Position numbers and translations under genes: made by a program. The notes beneath the pieces were generated by a model that did not search any database, was not told the origin of the DNA, and saw only the letters and a program-made list of their open reading frames with translations. From the sequence record LC597490.1: 64,000 bases of DNA; one strand, written 5' to 3'. Position 1 is the first letter of the stretch. Each line of letters starts with the position of its first letter. This document shows, in pieces, positions 1-9,291 of the stretch.

Positions 1-9
1 TGTTATAAT
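1..9 (+). promoter_or_regulatory. extended -10 element (TG-n-TATAAT), cut by the window edge
   Basis: TGTTATAAT at 1-9, followed by RBS AAGGAG and ATG at 31. Confidence 0.55.
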
Positions 10-30
10 AAAACAAAGGAGAGATTTTCC

Positions 31-402
31 ATGGGCTTAGTAAAAAACGAAACGAAGTTGTATTTCCCAGAAGGTTTCATCTGGGTATTGTATGATGCAG
101 GAGATGACCCAGATGGATACTGCATTGAAGTAGTAGGTGAAGAAGGATTTGATGGTCCACTAACTACTATCGCAAGTTGGACATTTGGTGATGGCGAAGA
201 TGCTCATGACATCTGGACTCGATGGGGCGACTACGTATCCGATAGATTTGAAGAAATCGAAGGAGATACAGAAGCTTGCAAAGCATTAATCGAGGAACTA
301 ACCAAGATTGAATGTGATGCAAATGAGCCAAAACTCAAGCATCTATCTGACATCATTAATATTATGTTCATTGTTATGAACCATATGACGAGAGAGGGGT
401 GA
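31..402 (+). CDS. acidic hypothetical protein
   Basis: ORF track; RBS AAGGAG; D/E-rich. Confidence 0.75.
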   Translation: MGLVKNETKLYFPEGFIWVLYDAGDDPDGYCIEVVGEEGFDGPLTTIASWTFGDGEDAHDIWTRWGDYVSDRFEEIEGDTEACKALIEELTKIECDANEPKLKHLSDIINIMFIVMNHMTREG

Positions 403-406
403 TGAA

Positions 407-745
407 TTGAAATTCGATTTTTATAGTGAGCCAACGTTTCATATTTATGAGACAAGGGATTCTTTATTAAATGAGCGAATTAATAAAATGTTAACTTCTA
501 AATATAAACAAGAAGTAAAAATCATTCTGCAAACTACAAAGCATAATGATAAGTTAACATTTACAGCAGATGAAGATACGTTGGATTTACTATCACAAGA
601 ATATCACTATCAAGATGATTGTGCATATGCGGTAGTTGATTGCTTCATCATGGAGTTGTATTCTTTAGATGATACAGAGTATGACGGTCTTATGGTCTAT
701 TATGACATAGACGATGCTTTAATTCACATTTACAAAAGAGTTTAA
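407..745 (+). CDS. hypothetical protein
   Basis: ORF track; TTG start after GAGGGG; tightly packed. Confidence 0.7.
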   Translation: MKFDFYSEPTFHIYETRDSLLNERINKMLTSKYKQEVKIILQTTKHNDKLTFTADEDTLDLLSQEYHYQDDCAYAVVDCFIMELYSLDDTEYDGLMVYYDIDDALIHIYKRV

Positions 746-766
746 GGGACAAAGGGGAATAGAGAA

Positions 767-1405
767 ATGCTTATCATCGCACTAGAAGGCCTAGACAAAG
801 CGGGCAAATTTTCGCAAGCAAAAGTTATTAAAGAATACTTAGAAGCAAAAGGTTATAAAGTTGCCACATCAGAGTTTCATCGTTATGATACACCAACAGG
901 TGAATTGATTTTAAAATGGTTGACAGGTGAATATAATGTTGACCAAAAAACGATTGAATTAATTATGGCAGCAGATAAGCAAGCACAACAACAATGGTTC
1001 TATGAGTTAGAACAAGAAGGATATCAGTATCTAATCCTAGATAGATATATTCATAGTCAATATGCATATGGATTATCTACAGGCTCTGATAAAGAGTGGT
1101 TAGATGAAATGCTTTATTTCTTACGAGAACCTGATATTGTTGTTTATATCGACATTGATGCAGAAACATCTATGGCTCGTAAAGGTAAACATAACAACGG
1201 TGAAAATGACCGCTATGAAAGCGACAAGCGTTTGCTAGAACGAGTTAGAGAAACGTATCAAAGCTTTGCACAATATGAAGATAAACCTGAAAAGTTCTTC
1301 CCTGGATACCAATCCTTTTTCACCATCAATGGTATGCAACCAGTAGATGATGTGACAAAAGATATTCGAGAACTGTTTGATAAGTTGACTCCTAAATTTT
1401 ATTAG
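767..1405 (+). CDS. tmk: thymidylate (dTMP) kinase
   Basis: P-loop IALEGLDKAGKFSQ, LILDRYIHSQYAYG motif, PDIVVYIDID, lid-region DRYE. Confidence 0.92.
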   Translation: MLIIALEGLDKAGKFSQAKVIKEYLEAKGYKVATSEFHRYDTPTGELILKWLTGEYNVDQKTIELIMAADKQAQQQWFYELEQEGYQYLILDRYIHSQYAYGLSTGSDKEWLDEMLYFLREPDIVVYIDIDAETSMARKGKHNNGENDRYESDKRLLERVRETYQSFAQYEDKPEKFFPGYQSFFTINGMQPVDDVTKDIRELFDKLTPKFY

Positions 1406-1440
1406 GGGTCTCAATCATATTTCGAATAAGGAGGTTAACC

Positions 1441-1908
1441 ATGAGTGTATTAACGATGGAAGAAGCAGAATGGTTACAGTGTAAAGCACAATTAAAAGCG
1501 AAATTAAAAACAATTACAATCCCATTAGATGTTACACCAGGAATTACAAAGGGATTGTTAGCAAGAATTGATTCATTCTTTACCGATGTTCGTTTAGAGA
1601 TTGGAGAAATCCAAGCAGTTAAAGAACGAACAGAAAGTCTTATTCGTGAGTGGGAACGTGAAAAGACGGAAGGTAAAAATGAAATGGATAGAAAAAGAAA
1701 TGCGACAGTTGCACTTCAAAATTATCCGATTGGTAACAATGAAACAATCAACATGTACGACTATCATCGTCAAGTGGTTGAACGGTACAGTGTATTGCAG
1801 TCTATTTTGGAGACTTTACAAGCGAAACAAGCAAGACTAATCACAGTAACGGGAGTGTTGAAATTGGAAAAAGAGTTAACAGGAGCACAGGACATAGGAG
1901 GAGTATAA
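1441..1908 (+). CDS. helical/coiled-coil hypothetical protein
   Basis: ORF track; RBS AAGGAGG. Confidence 0.75.
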   Translation: MSVLTMEEAEWLQCKAQLKAKLKTITIPLDVTPGITKGLLARIDSFFTDVRLEIGEIQAVKERTESLIREWEREKTEGKNEMDRKRNATVALQNYPIGNNETINMYDYHRQVVERYSVLQSILETLQAKQARLITVTGVLKLEKELTGAQDIGGV

Positions 1909-1910
1909 GA

Positions 1911-1936
1911 AAGCGGGGGTTCTGAACTCCTCTTTT
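1911..1936 (+). terminator. possible intrinsic terminator
   Basis: GGGGGTT-CTG-AACTCCT stem with G-U pairs, followed by CTTTT. Confidence 0.4.
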
Positions 1937-1962
1937 CAAAATTGAAAAGGGAGGAACGAACA

Positions 1963-2235
1963 ATGTTAATTAAAGAACATGCTGTCCGCCGATATCGTCA
2001 GCGTATTGGCAACAAGAATACATCTAAATCAAGAGTGATACGCTCTATTCAAAAGGAGGTAAAGGATCGTGTGATGAAAAGAACACGTCCTAACTTGGAA
2101 GGTAAGTATTTCATTCATACAAAAAATATCACTGCTGTATGTGTAAGAAATACGATTGTAACTATCTTGCCTCCAATTACCTTTAAGGATGCGAAAGAAG
2201 ATACTTCTTCGGTAAAAGAAATACAATGTGTATAA
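1963..2235 (+). CDS. small basic protein with HAxxRYxxR motif
   Basis: ATG 1963 after GGGAGG; MLIKEHAVRRYRQRIG and C-terminal IVTIL strand. Confidence 0.7.
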   Translation: MLIKEHAVRRYRQRIGNKNTSKSRVIRSIQKEVKDRVMKRTRPNLEGKYFIHTKNITAVCVRNTIVTILPPITFKDAKEDTSSVKEIQCV

Positions 2236-3004
2236 GATTCGGGTGAGTGACTTGTATAAGTGTACAAAAGAGATTCATGACAAATGCCAGAACAATTCTT
2301 TATGCCATCTATGTGATGGTGAATCACTTTATCGTAATGACAAAGAAGCAAAAGCAGAACGAAAGAAAGTTTATCAAGAACAGCAAGAAGAAAATGATAA
2401 ATATTTTAAAGTTCACAAGAAAGAAAAGAAAGAAGGTATGGGATTCGAAAAACGAGTAGCTGGTAAGTGGAACTCTTTCATGGGTGGAAACACCAAGAAA
2501 AAGAAAGTAGCGAAGCCAAGACTAGATACATTCTTTGATGAGGAACCAGAAGAGGAAGTTAAACCAAAGAATCCAAATCAAAGTCTCATACCTTCTAAGT
2601 TACCAACGCAGATACCGAAAAAGACAACAGTAGTTGGTAAAGGCGGAAAGAATGAAGCCCGCCGACAAGCTAACTCAGGTGCTATGTGGTATGCAAAAGG
2701 TGACATATCCTTGGAATTTGCATTGATGGAATGTAAGGAACGAGGAAGTAAGAATGGTCGGGGTGAAAAACAGATTACGATACCGAAGCTTTGGCTTGAT
2801 AAACAGGATGCTGAAGCTACGCAAGAAGGTAAGAGTTTCTGGTATTTACCGTTTGGTTATAAGAACTCTGAAGAGATTTACCTAATAAAACCATTTGACC
2901 ACGAACTAGAATTTGTTGCAGAATTAAGAAGACTACAGGCAGAAAATGAAAGTCTTCAGCAACAATTAAAGGAAGCGCAACAAGCGAAAGAAGGGGAGAA
3001 GTAA
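2228..3004 (+). CDS. Hjc-like Holliday junction resolvase (PD-(D/E)XK) with Cys-rich N-terminus and Lys-rich insert
   Basis: GMGFEKRVA, ARRQANSGAMWYAKGDI and LMECK motifs. Confidence 0.7.
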   Translation: MYKIRVSDLYKCTKEIHDKCQNNSLCHLCDGESLYRNDKEAKAERKKVYQEQQEENDKYFKVHKKEKKEGMGFEKRVAGKWNSFMGGNTKKKKVAKPRLDTFFDEEPEEEVKPKNPNQSLIPSKLPTQIPKKTTVVGKGGKNEARRQANSGAMWYAKGDISLEFALMECKERGSKNGRGEKQITIPKLWLDKQDAEATQEGKSFWYLPFGYKNSEEIYLIKPFDHELEFVAELRRLQAENESLQQQLKEAQQAKEGEK

Positions 3005-3005
3005 G

Positions 3006-3236
3006 ATGACTGAGAAGATATATCCAGTCGAATTTAAGTTTGGCGGAATGCTGCATATCCGAGCAAAAACCCCAGAGGAAGCAGAAGAGATTGCATACAG
3101 CATTTTGGATGAACGAGTAAAGGAAGAGAATTACATCAACGAACTTGAACGTTATGTATACAAGGATGTCATCGAAGAAGATGCCGAGGATTTGGCAGAA
3201 TTTACGAAGTATGGTGGCAAGCCTGATAACGTTTAG
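3006..3236 (+). CDS. hypothetical protein
   Basis: ORF track; RBS AAGGGGAG. Confidence 0.7.
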   Translation: MTEKIYPVEFKFGGMLHIRAKTPEEAEEIAYSILDERVKEENYINELERYVYKDVIEEDAEDLAEFTKYGGKPDNV

Positions 3237-3247
3237 GGGGAAGTAAT

Positions 3248-3592
3248 ATGGAGCTAGATCGAGACGAGATTATCTATCTGAAGTTAATGTTAATAGCAGG
3301 GGAAAGTTACATGGCTATTCGACAAAGAATGGGTACGAATTGTACGACAATTTATAAAATCGCTACATCCCAAATGTATGACGTCGTTTACGTACCTGAA
3401 TTTGATGAAGCCATGGAAGAAAGAACACAGATGATGACAGAAACATTTCCTCTATTAAATGAAAAGGAAGTTTCTGAATTATGTATTGGAAGATATATGG
3501 GTGACAGTATTATGTCACTTGCTGAGAAGTATGGTATATCTTCGCAGTATGTGCAGCAAGTTATTAACAAGTACAAGGAAATTTACATCTAA
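3248..3592 (+). CDS. double HTH-like DNA-binding protein
   Basis: two HTH-like units (GESYMAIRQRMGTNCTTIYKI; GDSIMSLAEKYGISSQYVQQVI). Confidence 0.65.
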   Translation: MELDRDEIIYLKLMLIAGESYMAIRQRMGTNCTTIYKIATSQMYDVVYVPEFDEAMEERTQMMTETFPLLNEKEVSELCIGRYMGDSIMSLAEKYGISSQYVQQVINKYKEIYI

Positions 3593-3604
3593 GGAGTGAT
3601 ACAC

Positions 3605-3826
3605 ATGCGAAAACGATTAACAAAGGATGAAGCTGTTTTAATCAAACTGATGTTAATGGGCGGAGAAACTTACAGTACCATTGAAAAGAAGATGGATATT
3701 ACTGGAGCAAGCATTTCCGATATTGTCCATGGGCGTTCTCATAAAGATATATTTGTTCCAGGATTCGTAGAAGAAATGCGTGTTCGTCTAAAGAATCCGA
3801 ATCACAGTTCCAAAATGAAAAAATAG
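3605..3826 (+). CDS. HTH-like protein, paralog of upstream gene
   Basis: LTKDEAVLIKLMLMGGETYSTIEKKMDITGASISDIVHG aligns with LDRDEIIYLKLMLIAGESY; RBS AAGGAG. Confidence 0.65.
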   Translation: MRKRLTKDEAVLIKLMLMGGETYSTIEKKMDITGASISDIVHGRSHKDIFVPGFVEEMRVRLKNPNHSSKMKK

Positions 3827-3837
3827 AGGTGTTTTAA

Positions 3838-4011
3838 ATGAGAATGCATGAAGATTTTCATAGATGCCTGAAGTGCAATCATCCCTGGTTTGTTGAAAAG
3901 ACCAGGGTTGTTTTGCATGAAGCATCCACAACAGACAATGTAATATTCAAACAGCAAGAAAAAACATATGTATGTGAGTCATGTGAGACTCCGTTCAAAC
4001 AGGAGGCATAA
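3838..4011 (+). CDS. 57-aa zinc-ribbon protein (not in ORF track)
   Basis: read by hand: MRMHEDFHRCLKCNHPWF...YVCESCETPFKQEA; RBS GAGGTG. Confidence 0.7.
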   Translation: MRMHEDFHRCLKCNHPWFVEKTRVVLHEASTTDNVIFKQQEKTYVCESCETPFKQEA

Positions 4012-4013
4012 CA

Positions 4014-4409
4014 ATGGAAGAGAACTACAAAGAATTTGTAAAGAATATGTTTGGCAAGAAAGCAGAAGTAGCGGAGGAGGGACCAGCTACTGTTAAGTTC
4101 ACACCAAAGATGGTTCTCTTAACTCCCGAAGAGACATTAGCTGCAACTAAGATTGGATATGAGGAATTGGAACAACTTCATATTGAACTAGACAAATGTC
4201 TAGAAGCAGTAAGTGAAACTGGTATTTATCAATGTTTACAGCCTTACATTCAAGACTTACTAGATGCAATGCAGGATGTAGAAGAAGTATTAAACAATGA
4301 CATTGATGAAACGAAGTTATCTGATGTTGTAAAAGAAGAGTATGAAAAGCTTCAAGCGAATCGTAGTTATTTATTACGCTTCTTATTAGAAAATAATTCT
4401 AAAAAATAA
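4014..4409 (+). CDS. acidic helical hypothetical protein
   Basis: ORF track; RBS AGGAGG. Confidence 0.75.
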   Translation: MEENYKEFVKNMFGKKAEVAEEGPATVKFTPKMVLLTPEETLAATKIGYEELEQLHIELDKCLEAVSETGIYQCLQPYIQDLLDAMQDVEEVLNNDIDETKLSDVVKEEYEKLQANRSYLLRFLLENNSKK

Positions 4410-4418
4410 GTCTAATTG

Positions 4419-4447
4419 TTTCCTTGACTAGTAGATTATGGTATACT
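4419..4447 (+). promoter_or_regulatory. sigma-A-type promoter with TRTG -16 element
   Basis: ATTATGG-TATACT (-10 at 4442-4447); weak -35 TTTCCT at 17 nt; intergenic. Confidence 0.6.
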
Positions 4448-4478
4448 TGCAGTAGCTCTTAGGAGAGGAGTATTCAAC

Positions 4479-4757
4479 ATGGAAGAACAAGAACTAAATA
4501 CTTCTTTGGAAAAAGTAGCATATTTAATGGATGCGTTTCCAGAAGCCAGAGAAAATTATGCTTTCTTATTACTAGCGTATTGGAAAGTATTTGACGATAT
4601 TGCAATTCCACACTCCTTATTTTTAGAAATTATGGATAAGGCTACTCAACCAGAAACGATTAGTCGGGCAAAACGCAAAGCGAAAGAATTCGCTAGGATG
4701 CGTGCATTTTTAGAACAACATCAAAAGGCGGAGGCATCGGACCAGGCAATGGCTTAA
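4479..4757 (+). CDS. hypothetical protein, possibly DNA-binding
   Basis: ORF track; RBS GAGGAG; PETISRAKRK motif. Confidence 0.7.
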   Translation: MEEQELNTSLEKVAYLMDAFPEARENYAFLLLAYWKVFDDIAIPHSLFLEIMDKATQPETISRAKRKAKEFARMRAFLEQHQKAEASDQAMA

Positions 4758-4777
4758 ATCAAGGGAGGATTTATCCG

Positions 4778-5014
4778 TTGGAGTCCAGTTCATACTTAGG
4801 TCGTTCTCGTGGATATTTAACGAAGGGGGCGAAGTACAAAGAACGTTATGTAGAGAATCAGTGTCCAGAGTGCGGGAATGCACGGTCATACGAAGACAAA
4901 TGGCATACTGGTACAAACTACACATGTTTAAAACGTTCTTGCCGCCATCAATGGTTTGTATCTAAAAAGAAACAAGAAGAATTCAAAGACTTATATCCAG
5001 AAGACATAGAGTAA
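4778..5014 (+). CDS. zinc-ribbon protein
   Basis: CPECG...CLKRSC; RBS GGGAGG; TTG start. Confidence 0.65.
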   Translation: MESSSYLGRSRGYLTKGAKYKERYVENQCPECGNARSYEDKWHTGTNYTCLKRSCRHQWFVSKKKQEEFKDLYPEDIE

Positions 5015-5057
5015 GAGGATAATCCTTTTGCTCTTTTATTCTGAGGAGGAGAAACAA

Positions 5058-5642
5058 ATGACACAGATTAGGGGAAAATTTACACTTATCACAGGAACAA
5101 TGTTTGTAAAGAAATCACTTTGGTTATTAGACCAAGTAAAACAGGCGAAGAAGGATGGTATTTACTACCTATGTGTATCAACAACAAAGCCTGAAATTAA
5201 ATCAAGAGCATCTGAAATGGTTGCTCCATCAGCACAGATTAATCCTGATGACCCAAATGAACTACAAGAATTACTGGAGACTTGTTATAAAGAACACGGT
5301 GAATACCCAGAGATTGTATTCATTGATGAAGTTCAATTTATTCATGCATCTGGTATCAAGGTTCTAGATTGGATGTTATCAGAAGGAATCAATGTGGTGG
5401 CAGCAGGATTAACTCATGATTTTCGTCATCAAGTTTTCCCTATCATCCAAGACATCTTTAAGTATCAAATCCTGTCTGCACATTTGCAACATGCAATGAA
5501 GTGTCAGATTTGTAATGAGAAAGAAGCAACACATAATCAGCGCTTACTGTATGGACAACCGAATACAACAGGTCCTCTTATTGCACTAGATGGTGATGTC
5601 TATACGTATGAAGCACGTTGTGGAGATTGCTATCAGTCCTAA
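5058..5642 (+). CDS. tdk: thymidine kinase family protein with atypical P-loop
   Basis: LITGTMF, IDEVQF, AAGLTHDFR, and zinc site CQIC...YEARCGDCY; ATG 5058 after GAGGAG. Confidence 0.85.
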   Translation: MTQIRGKFTLITGTMFVKKSLWLLDQVKQAKKDGIYYLCVSTTKPEIKSRASEMVAPSAQINPDDPNELQELLETCYKEHGEYPEIVFIDEVQFIHASGIKVLDWMLSEGINVVAAGLTHDFRHQVFPIIQDIFKYQILSAHLQHAMKCQICNEKEATHNQRLLYGQPNTTGPLIALDGDVYTYEARCGDCYQS

Positions 5643-5655
5643 GGGAGATGTTAAT

Positions 5656-6165
5656 ATGATTACAGCTGAAGGTATGTTTTTATTAAGTAAAGATCGAAAT
5701 GGAGAATCTTATCTCGTTAAACGTGGTGATCGTATGTATAATGTACAAGCCACGAAACGAGTTAATACTCCACCTAGAGATTGGTTTCGAATTGGTGATA
5801 CGATTACCCTTGGTGGGGGTACTATTAACGCAGGTGCGATTAATGGGGGTACGCTTCGAGTAACTGGTGACTCTGAACGTTTAACTACTGTCAGTACTGG
5901 TGAAATGGTTGGGGAATTACCAGCACGTTCAACAACTTCTACAGACAACACAGATGATGGTGTTATCAACCATGCGGAGCCACAGTACTGTCAGTTTTCA
6001 TTTAGGAGAGAAGAAAGCCTTAGCACACTTGCTACACTGAAGCGTTTTGATGATGAAACCGAAAGTCAATTTATAGCCAGATTCCATGAATTATTAAATA
6101 TTCTTGCGCCATATAACAATGATGATGCTCTTACTTCTATGCGACATGAGGAGTCTTTAAGTTAA
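5656..6165 (+). CDS. hypothetical protein
   Basis: ORF track frame; ATG 5656 after AAGGGAG. Confidence 0.65.
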   Translation: MITAEGMFLLSKDRNGESYLVKRGDRMYNVQATKRVNTPPRDWFRIGDTITLGGGTINAGAINGGTLRVTGDSERLTTVSTGEMVGELPARSTTSTDNTDDGVINHAEPQYCQFSFRREESLSTLATLKRFDDETESQFIARFHELLNILAPYNNDDALTSMRHEESLS

Positions 6166-7644
6166 TGATAAGCATTCGCTTTCAAGACCCTTACATTATT
6201 TTAAAAACAGAAGGGCATTTAGCAAGTAATCTATACAGTGATTTTATGATGTTCGTCGAGCATAGCGGCGGCATCTTCAATCCAAATAAGTATGAGTGGT
6301 ATGTACAGAAACAACATATCGACACCATGCTTAGTCACTTTCATGAAAAACATCTGGTATGGTTTACTTCAGTGGAAGAAATAAAAGGATTAACGGAACA
6401 CTTAGTTCCTCAGTTTACTTTTTCGGATAAGCATCTTGATACAATGAAGCTATCTCCGTTCCCGTTCCAAGCGTTAGGTATTAGTTTCTTAGCAGAAATG
6501 AAGAGAGCTATTATCGGTGACAGTATGGGGCTAGGAAAAACCTTGCAAGGACTTGGTGCCTTTCATAAGTTATATCAAGATGGAATTGTTACAAAAGCAA
6601 TTGTAGCTTGTCCGACTTCACTGAAGTACCAATGGGAAGAAGAGATTCAAAAGTTCACAGATTATAAAGGATTGGTTGTAGATGGTACAACTAAGAAACG
6701 TATGAGTACATACAATGAATTTCAATCGTCTAATGAATACCAATTCTTATTAATCAATTATGAACTAGTACGAAATGATATTGATGTATTGAAGGACTTT
6801 CACTTTGATGTTCTAATATGTGATGAGGCACATCGACTTAAAAATCGTGCAGCTAAACTCACAAAGTCAGTGAAACAAATCAGTGCTGATTATCGTTTTG
6901 CATTAACAGGGACGCCATTACAAAACAGAGCCGACGAATTATTTTCCTTATTCGAGGTAATTAATCCAGAGGTACTTGGTTCATTTACTGAATTTAAAAA
7001 GAAGTATTTAGTTTATGGAACTAAGTTTAATCGTAGAGGCGTTTTAATTGGGTATAGGAAGCTAGGAGAATTAAGGAAGGCAATTGCACCTTTCTTATTA
7101 CGAAGGCTGAAGGAAGATGTATTAGATGACTTGCCACGTATTATGTATCGAAAGATAGAAGTAGATATGAATGAAACACAGCATAAACTACAAGATGTCT
7201 TGAAGAATAATGCGGCCGCTTTATCACAAGAGTTAGCTGATTGGTATGAAACCAATGAAGCGGAACATCCGAAAGAAGGACAGATTATGGGCTATCTAAA
7301 TTTAATGATGGCTGTAGCTGACCATCCTTTATTGTTCCGATTAAGTAACTCGAACATGGTAAAGAATTATCATCAATACATTGCTAGTGATTGTCGTTCA
7401 CCAAAGCTTGATGAATTAGTCGAGATGGTAGAACAATTATTAGAAGACCCACAAACGAAGATCGTTATCTTTACTCAGTTTGCTAGGATGCAAGGTCTTA
7501 TCTTAGATAGCCTAGCACCATTTGCAGAATGTGTAGCCATTAATGGTTCGATGACTGCAAAGCATAGGCAAGAAAGTTTGTCAGACTTTAGAGAGAAACC
7601 ATTCATTCGTGTTATGGTTTGTACTGACGCAGCCAACTATGGGT
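6165..7644 (+). CDS. SNF2/SWI2-family helicase, exon 1
   Basis: GDSMGLGKT, CPTSLKYQWEEEI, ICDEAHRLKN, LTGTPLQN, LRRLKEDV, SPKLDEL, VIFTQF; breaks at CTDAANYG. Confidence 0.9.
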
Positions 7645-8986
7645 CGTGTTTGGCCCTTATTTCACGAATTGCTGGAATATCCTAAAGCTATCTAGGCTAC
7701 AACGTAATCGGTAACGATAAGCGTGAATGCTTAAAAACTAGATAGATGTACAATGGACAATCAGCAGCGATGCCTCCTTAGTGATAAGGTGGAGCGTTCA
7801 GAGACTATCGAAAGTATCTTCACATTTTCAGTTAACTAAGTATTGACATAGTTGAAGGAAAAGGTTGAAATTGATATTAGTAGAGGACATTGTAAGTAAT
7901 TACATTGTTCGGCGTGAGACTCTGAAGGAGGTTGGTAATATGCCAGCAAAGATTACATTAAACGAAGTACAGTTAACTTATCTGTTTCGAGATAGAAACT
8001 GTACACTAGATGTTATTGGAGAACAAATGAATTGTTCAAGATACACTGTTGCAAAAGCTATCAAAGAATATGGATTGAAAAGAAAGTATGAAGATGAAGA
8101 GTGGTTACGTGCTACTCATCATACTCATAAGAAAACGATTGGTGACATGGCTGAAATGGCTTGTTGTGCTCGTGATACGATTCGTGTAAACATGAGAAAG
8201 TACAACATTGAAACTTTAGATGAAGTAAGATACAGTGGTGTTCGTAAGTATCGAGTAAATTATAATTACTTCGATAATATTAATAACGCTGAAAGAGCTT
8301 ACTGGTTAGGATTTATTCTTGCAGATGGAAGTATCATCAGGGAAACAACTGGTGTGCTTAGATTATCTATCCATCTAGCACATAAAGACCGTGACCATTT
8401 AGTAAAGTTTCGAGAGGCAATATTATCAGATGCCCCAATTGAAGATGGTCATACTTTTCTTAATGGTAAAAGCCATGCCTATTCAAAAATAAGAATCAAC
8501 TCAAATGATTTTTGTCTTTCTCTTATGGAAAGAGGAATTGAACCACATAAGTCTACTCGTGAAAAAGTGCCAACAGGTATTCCTGAAGAATTTGAAAAGG
8601 ACTTTATCCGAGGTTACTTTGATGGTGATGGTTGTTTCAGTTATTGGTTCGATAGCAAACGACAACAATTCGTTCGAAACTTTAATGTAATCGGAAGCCA
8701 AGAAATTGTAGATTGGATTCGTGATAGAATCTCTTCTAAGTTTAAAGCCAATGGGAAAGTAAAACCTATGGGTAAGATTTTCCGATTTGATGTAAACAGT
8801 GAAGAGACTGAAAAGGTCATGAATTGGCTCTATGAAGATGCCGATACTTACTTGCTTCGTAAGTACGATAAATACAATGAGTGGCTCTCCTTGAAGCACA
8901 GGGAAGATATAGTCCGACCTCTAGTTGAAAAGCTAGAGAGCTAGGCAGAAATGACCTAGCCCCACATAGAGTGGTGTAACAGAATG
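7645..8986 (+). mobile_element. group I self-splicing intron with homing endonuclease
   Basis: P (AATTGCTGGAA, near 7666), Q (AATCAGCAG, 7759), R (TTCAGAGACTA, 7797), S (AAGATATAGTCC, 8904); exon ends in U7644 with U-G pair in P1; terminal G8986; splicing restores NYGLNMQFAN. Confidence 0.9.
7940..8944 (+). CDS. intron-encoded LAGLIDADG homing endonuclease with N-terminal HTH-like repeats
   Basis: AYWLGFILADGSI and FIRGYFDGDGCF motifs; ATG 7940 after AAGGAGG. Confidence 0.88.
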   Translation: MPAKITLNEVQLTYLFRDRNCTLDVIGEQMNCSRYTVAKAIKEYGLKRKYEDEEWLRATHHTHKKTIGDMAEMACCARDTIRVNMRKYNIETLDEVRYSGVRKYRVNYNYFDNINNAERAYWLGFILADGSIIRETTGVLRLSIHLAHKDRDHLVKFREAILSDAPIEDGHTFLNGKSHAYSKIRINSNDFCLSLMERGIEPHKSTREKVPTGIPEEFEKDFIRGYFDGDGCFSYWFDSKRQQFVRNFNVIGSQEIVDWIRDRISSKFKANGKVKPMGKIFRFDVNSEETEKVMNWLYEDADTYLLRKYDKYNEWLSLKHREDIVRPLVEKLES

Positions 8987-9255
8987 TAAATATGCAGTTT
9001 GCAAATGTTCTTATTCATTATGACTCTCCTTGGAATCCTGCTACAAAGGAACAAAGGGATGGTCGTATCCATCGTATTGGTAGTACTCATGATTCTGTAA
9101 CGATTTATACAATGGTTACAGTAGGGAGTATTGATGAAACCATACAAGAAGTAATGAAAGAGAAGACAGCATTATCGAATCAGTTAGTAGAGAATAACGC
9201 AGCTGGTCGAAACGCTTTAAAAGAATTAATGAAATTAGCTACGGCGGGGGATTAA
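8987..9255 (+). CDS. SNF2 helicase, exon 2 (spliced product 582 aa)
   Basis: LNMQFANVLIHYDSPWNPATKEQRDGRIHRIG = SNF2 motifs V-VI; exons 1480+269 nt = 583 codons. Confidence 0.9.
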
Positions 9256-9270
9256 ATCCCCTGCTTTTTT
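9244..9270 (+). terminator. intrinsic terminator
   Basis: GCGGGGGAT-TAA-ATCCCCTGC followed by TTTTTT. Confidence 0.85.
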
Positions 9271-9291
9271 ATGTACAAGGGAGAGATAGTC

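Noticed and set aside
4424-4447. TTGACT as the -35 of the 4442 promoter
   Set aside because: The spacer would be only 12 nt.
7645-7685. C-terminal SCLALISRIAGIS of the 506-aa track ORF, and 8992-9255 as an independent gene
   Set aside because: These are intron read-through and exon 2 respectively.
7845-7873. TTGACA inside the intron as an endonuclease promoter
   Set aside because: No acceptable -10 at 16-18 nt (TGAAAT at best); cannot be supported.
7645-8986. Intein or frameshift as the explanation for the split SNF2 gene
   Set aside because: There is an in-frame stop at 7683-7685 and no intein splice-junction residues; the endonuclease has its own RBS; group I P/Q/R/S, P1 and P10 elements explain the break exactly.
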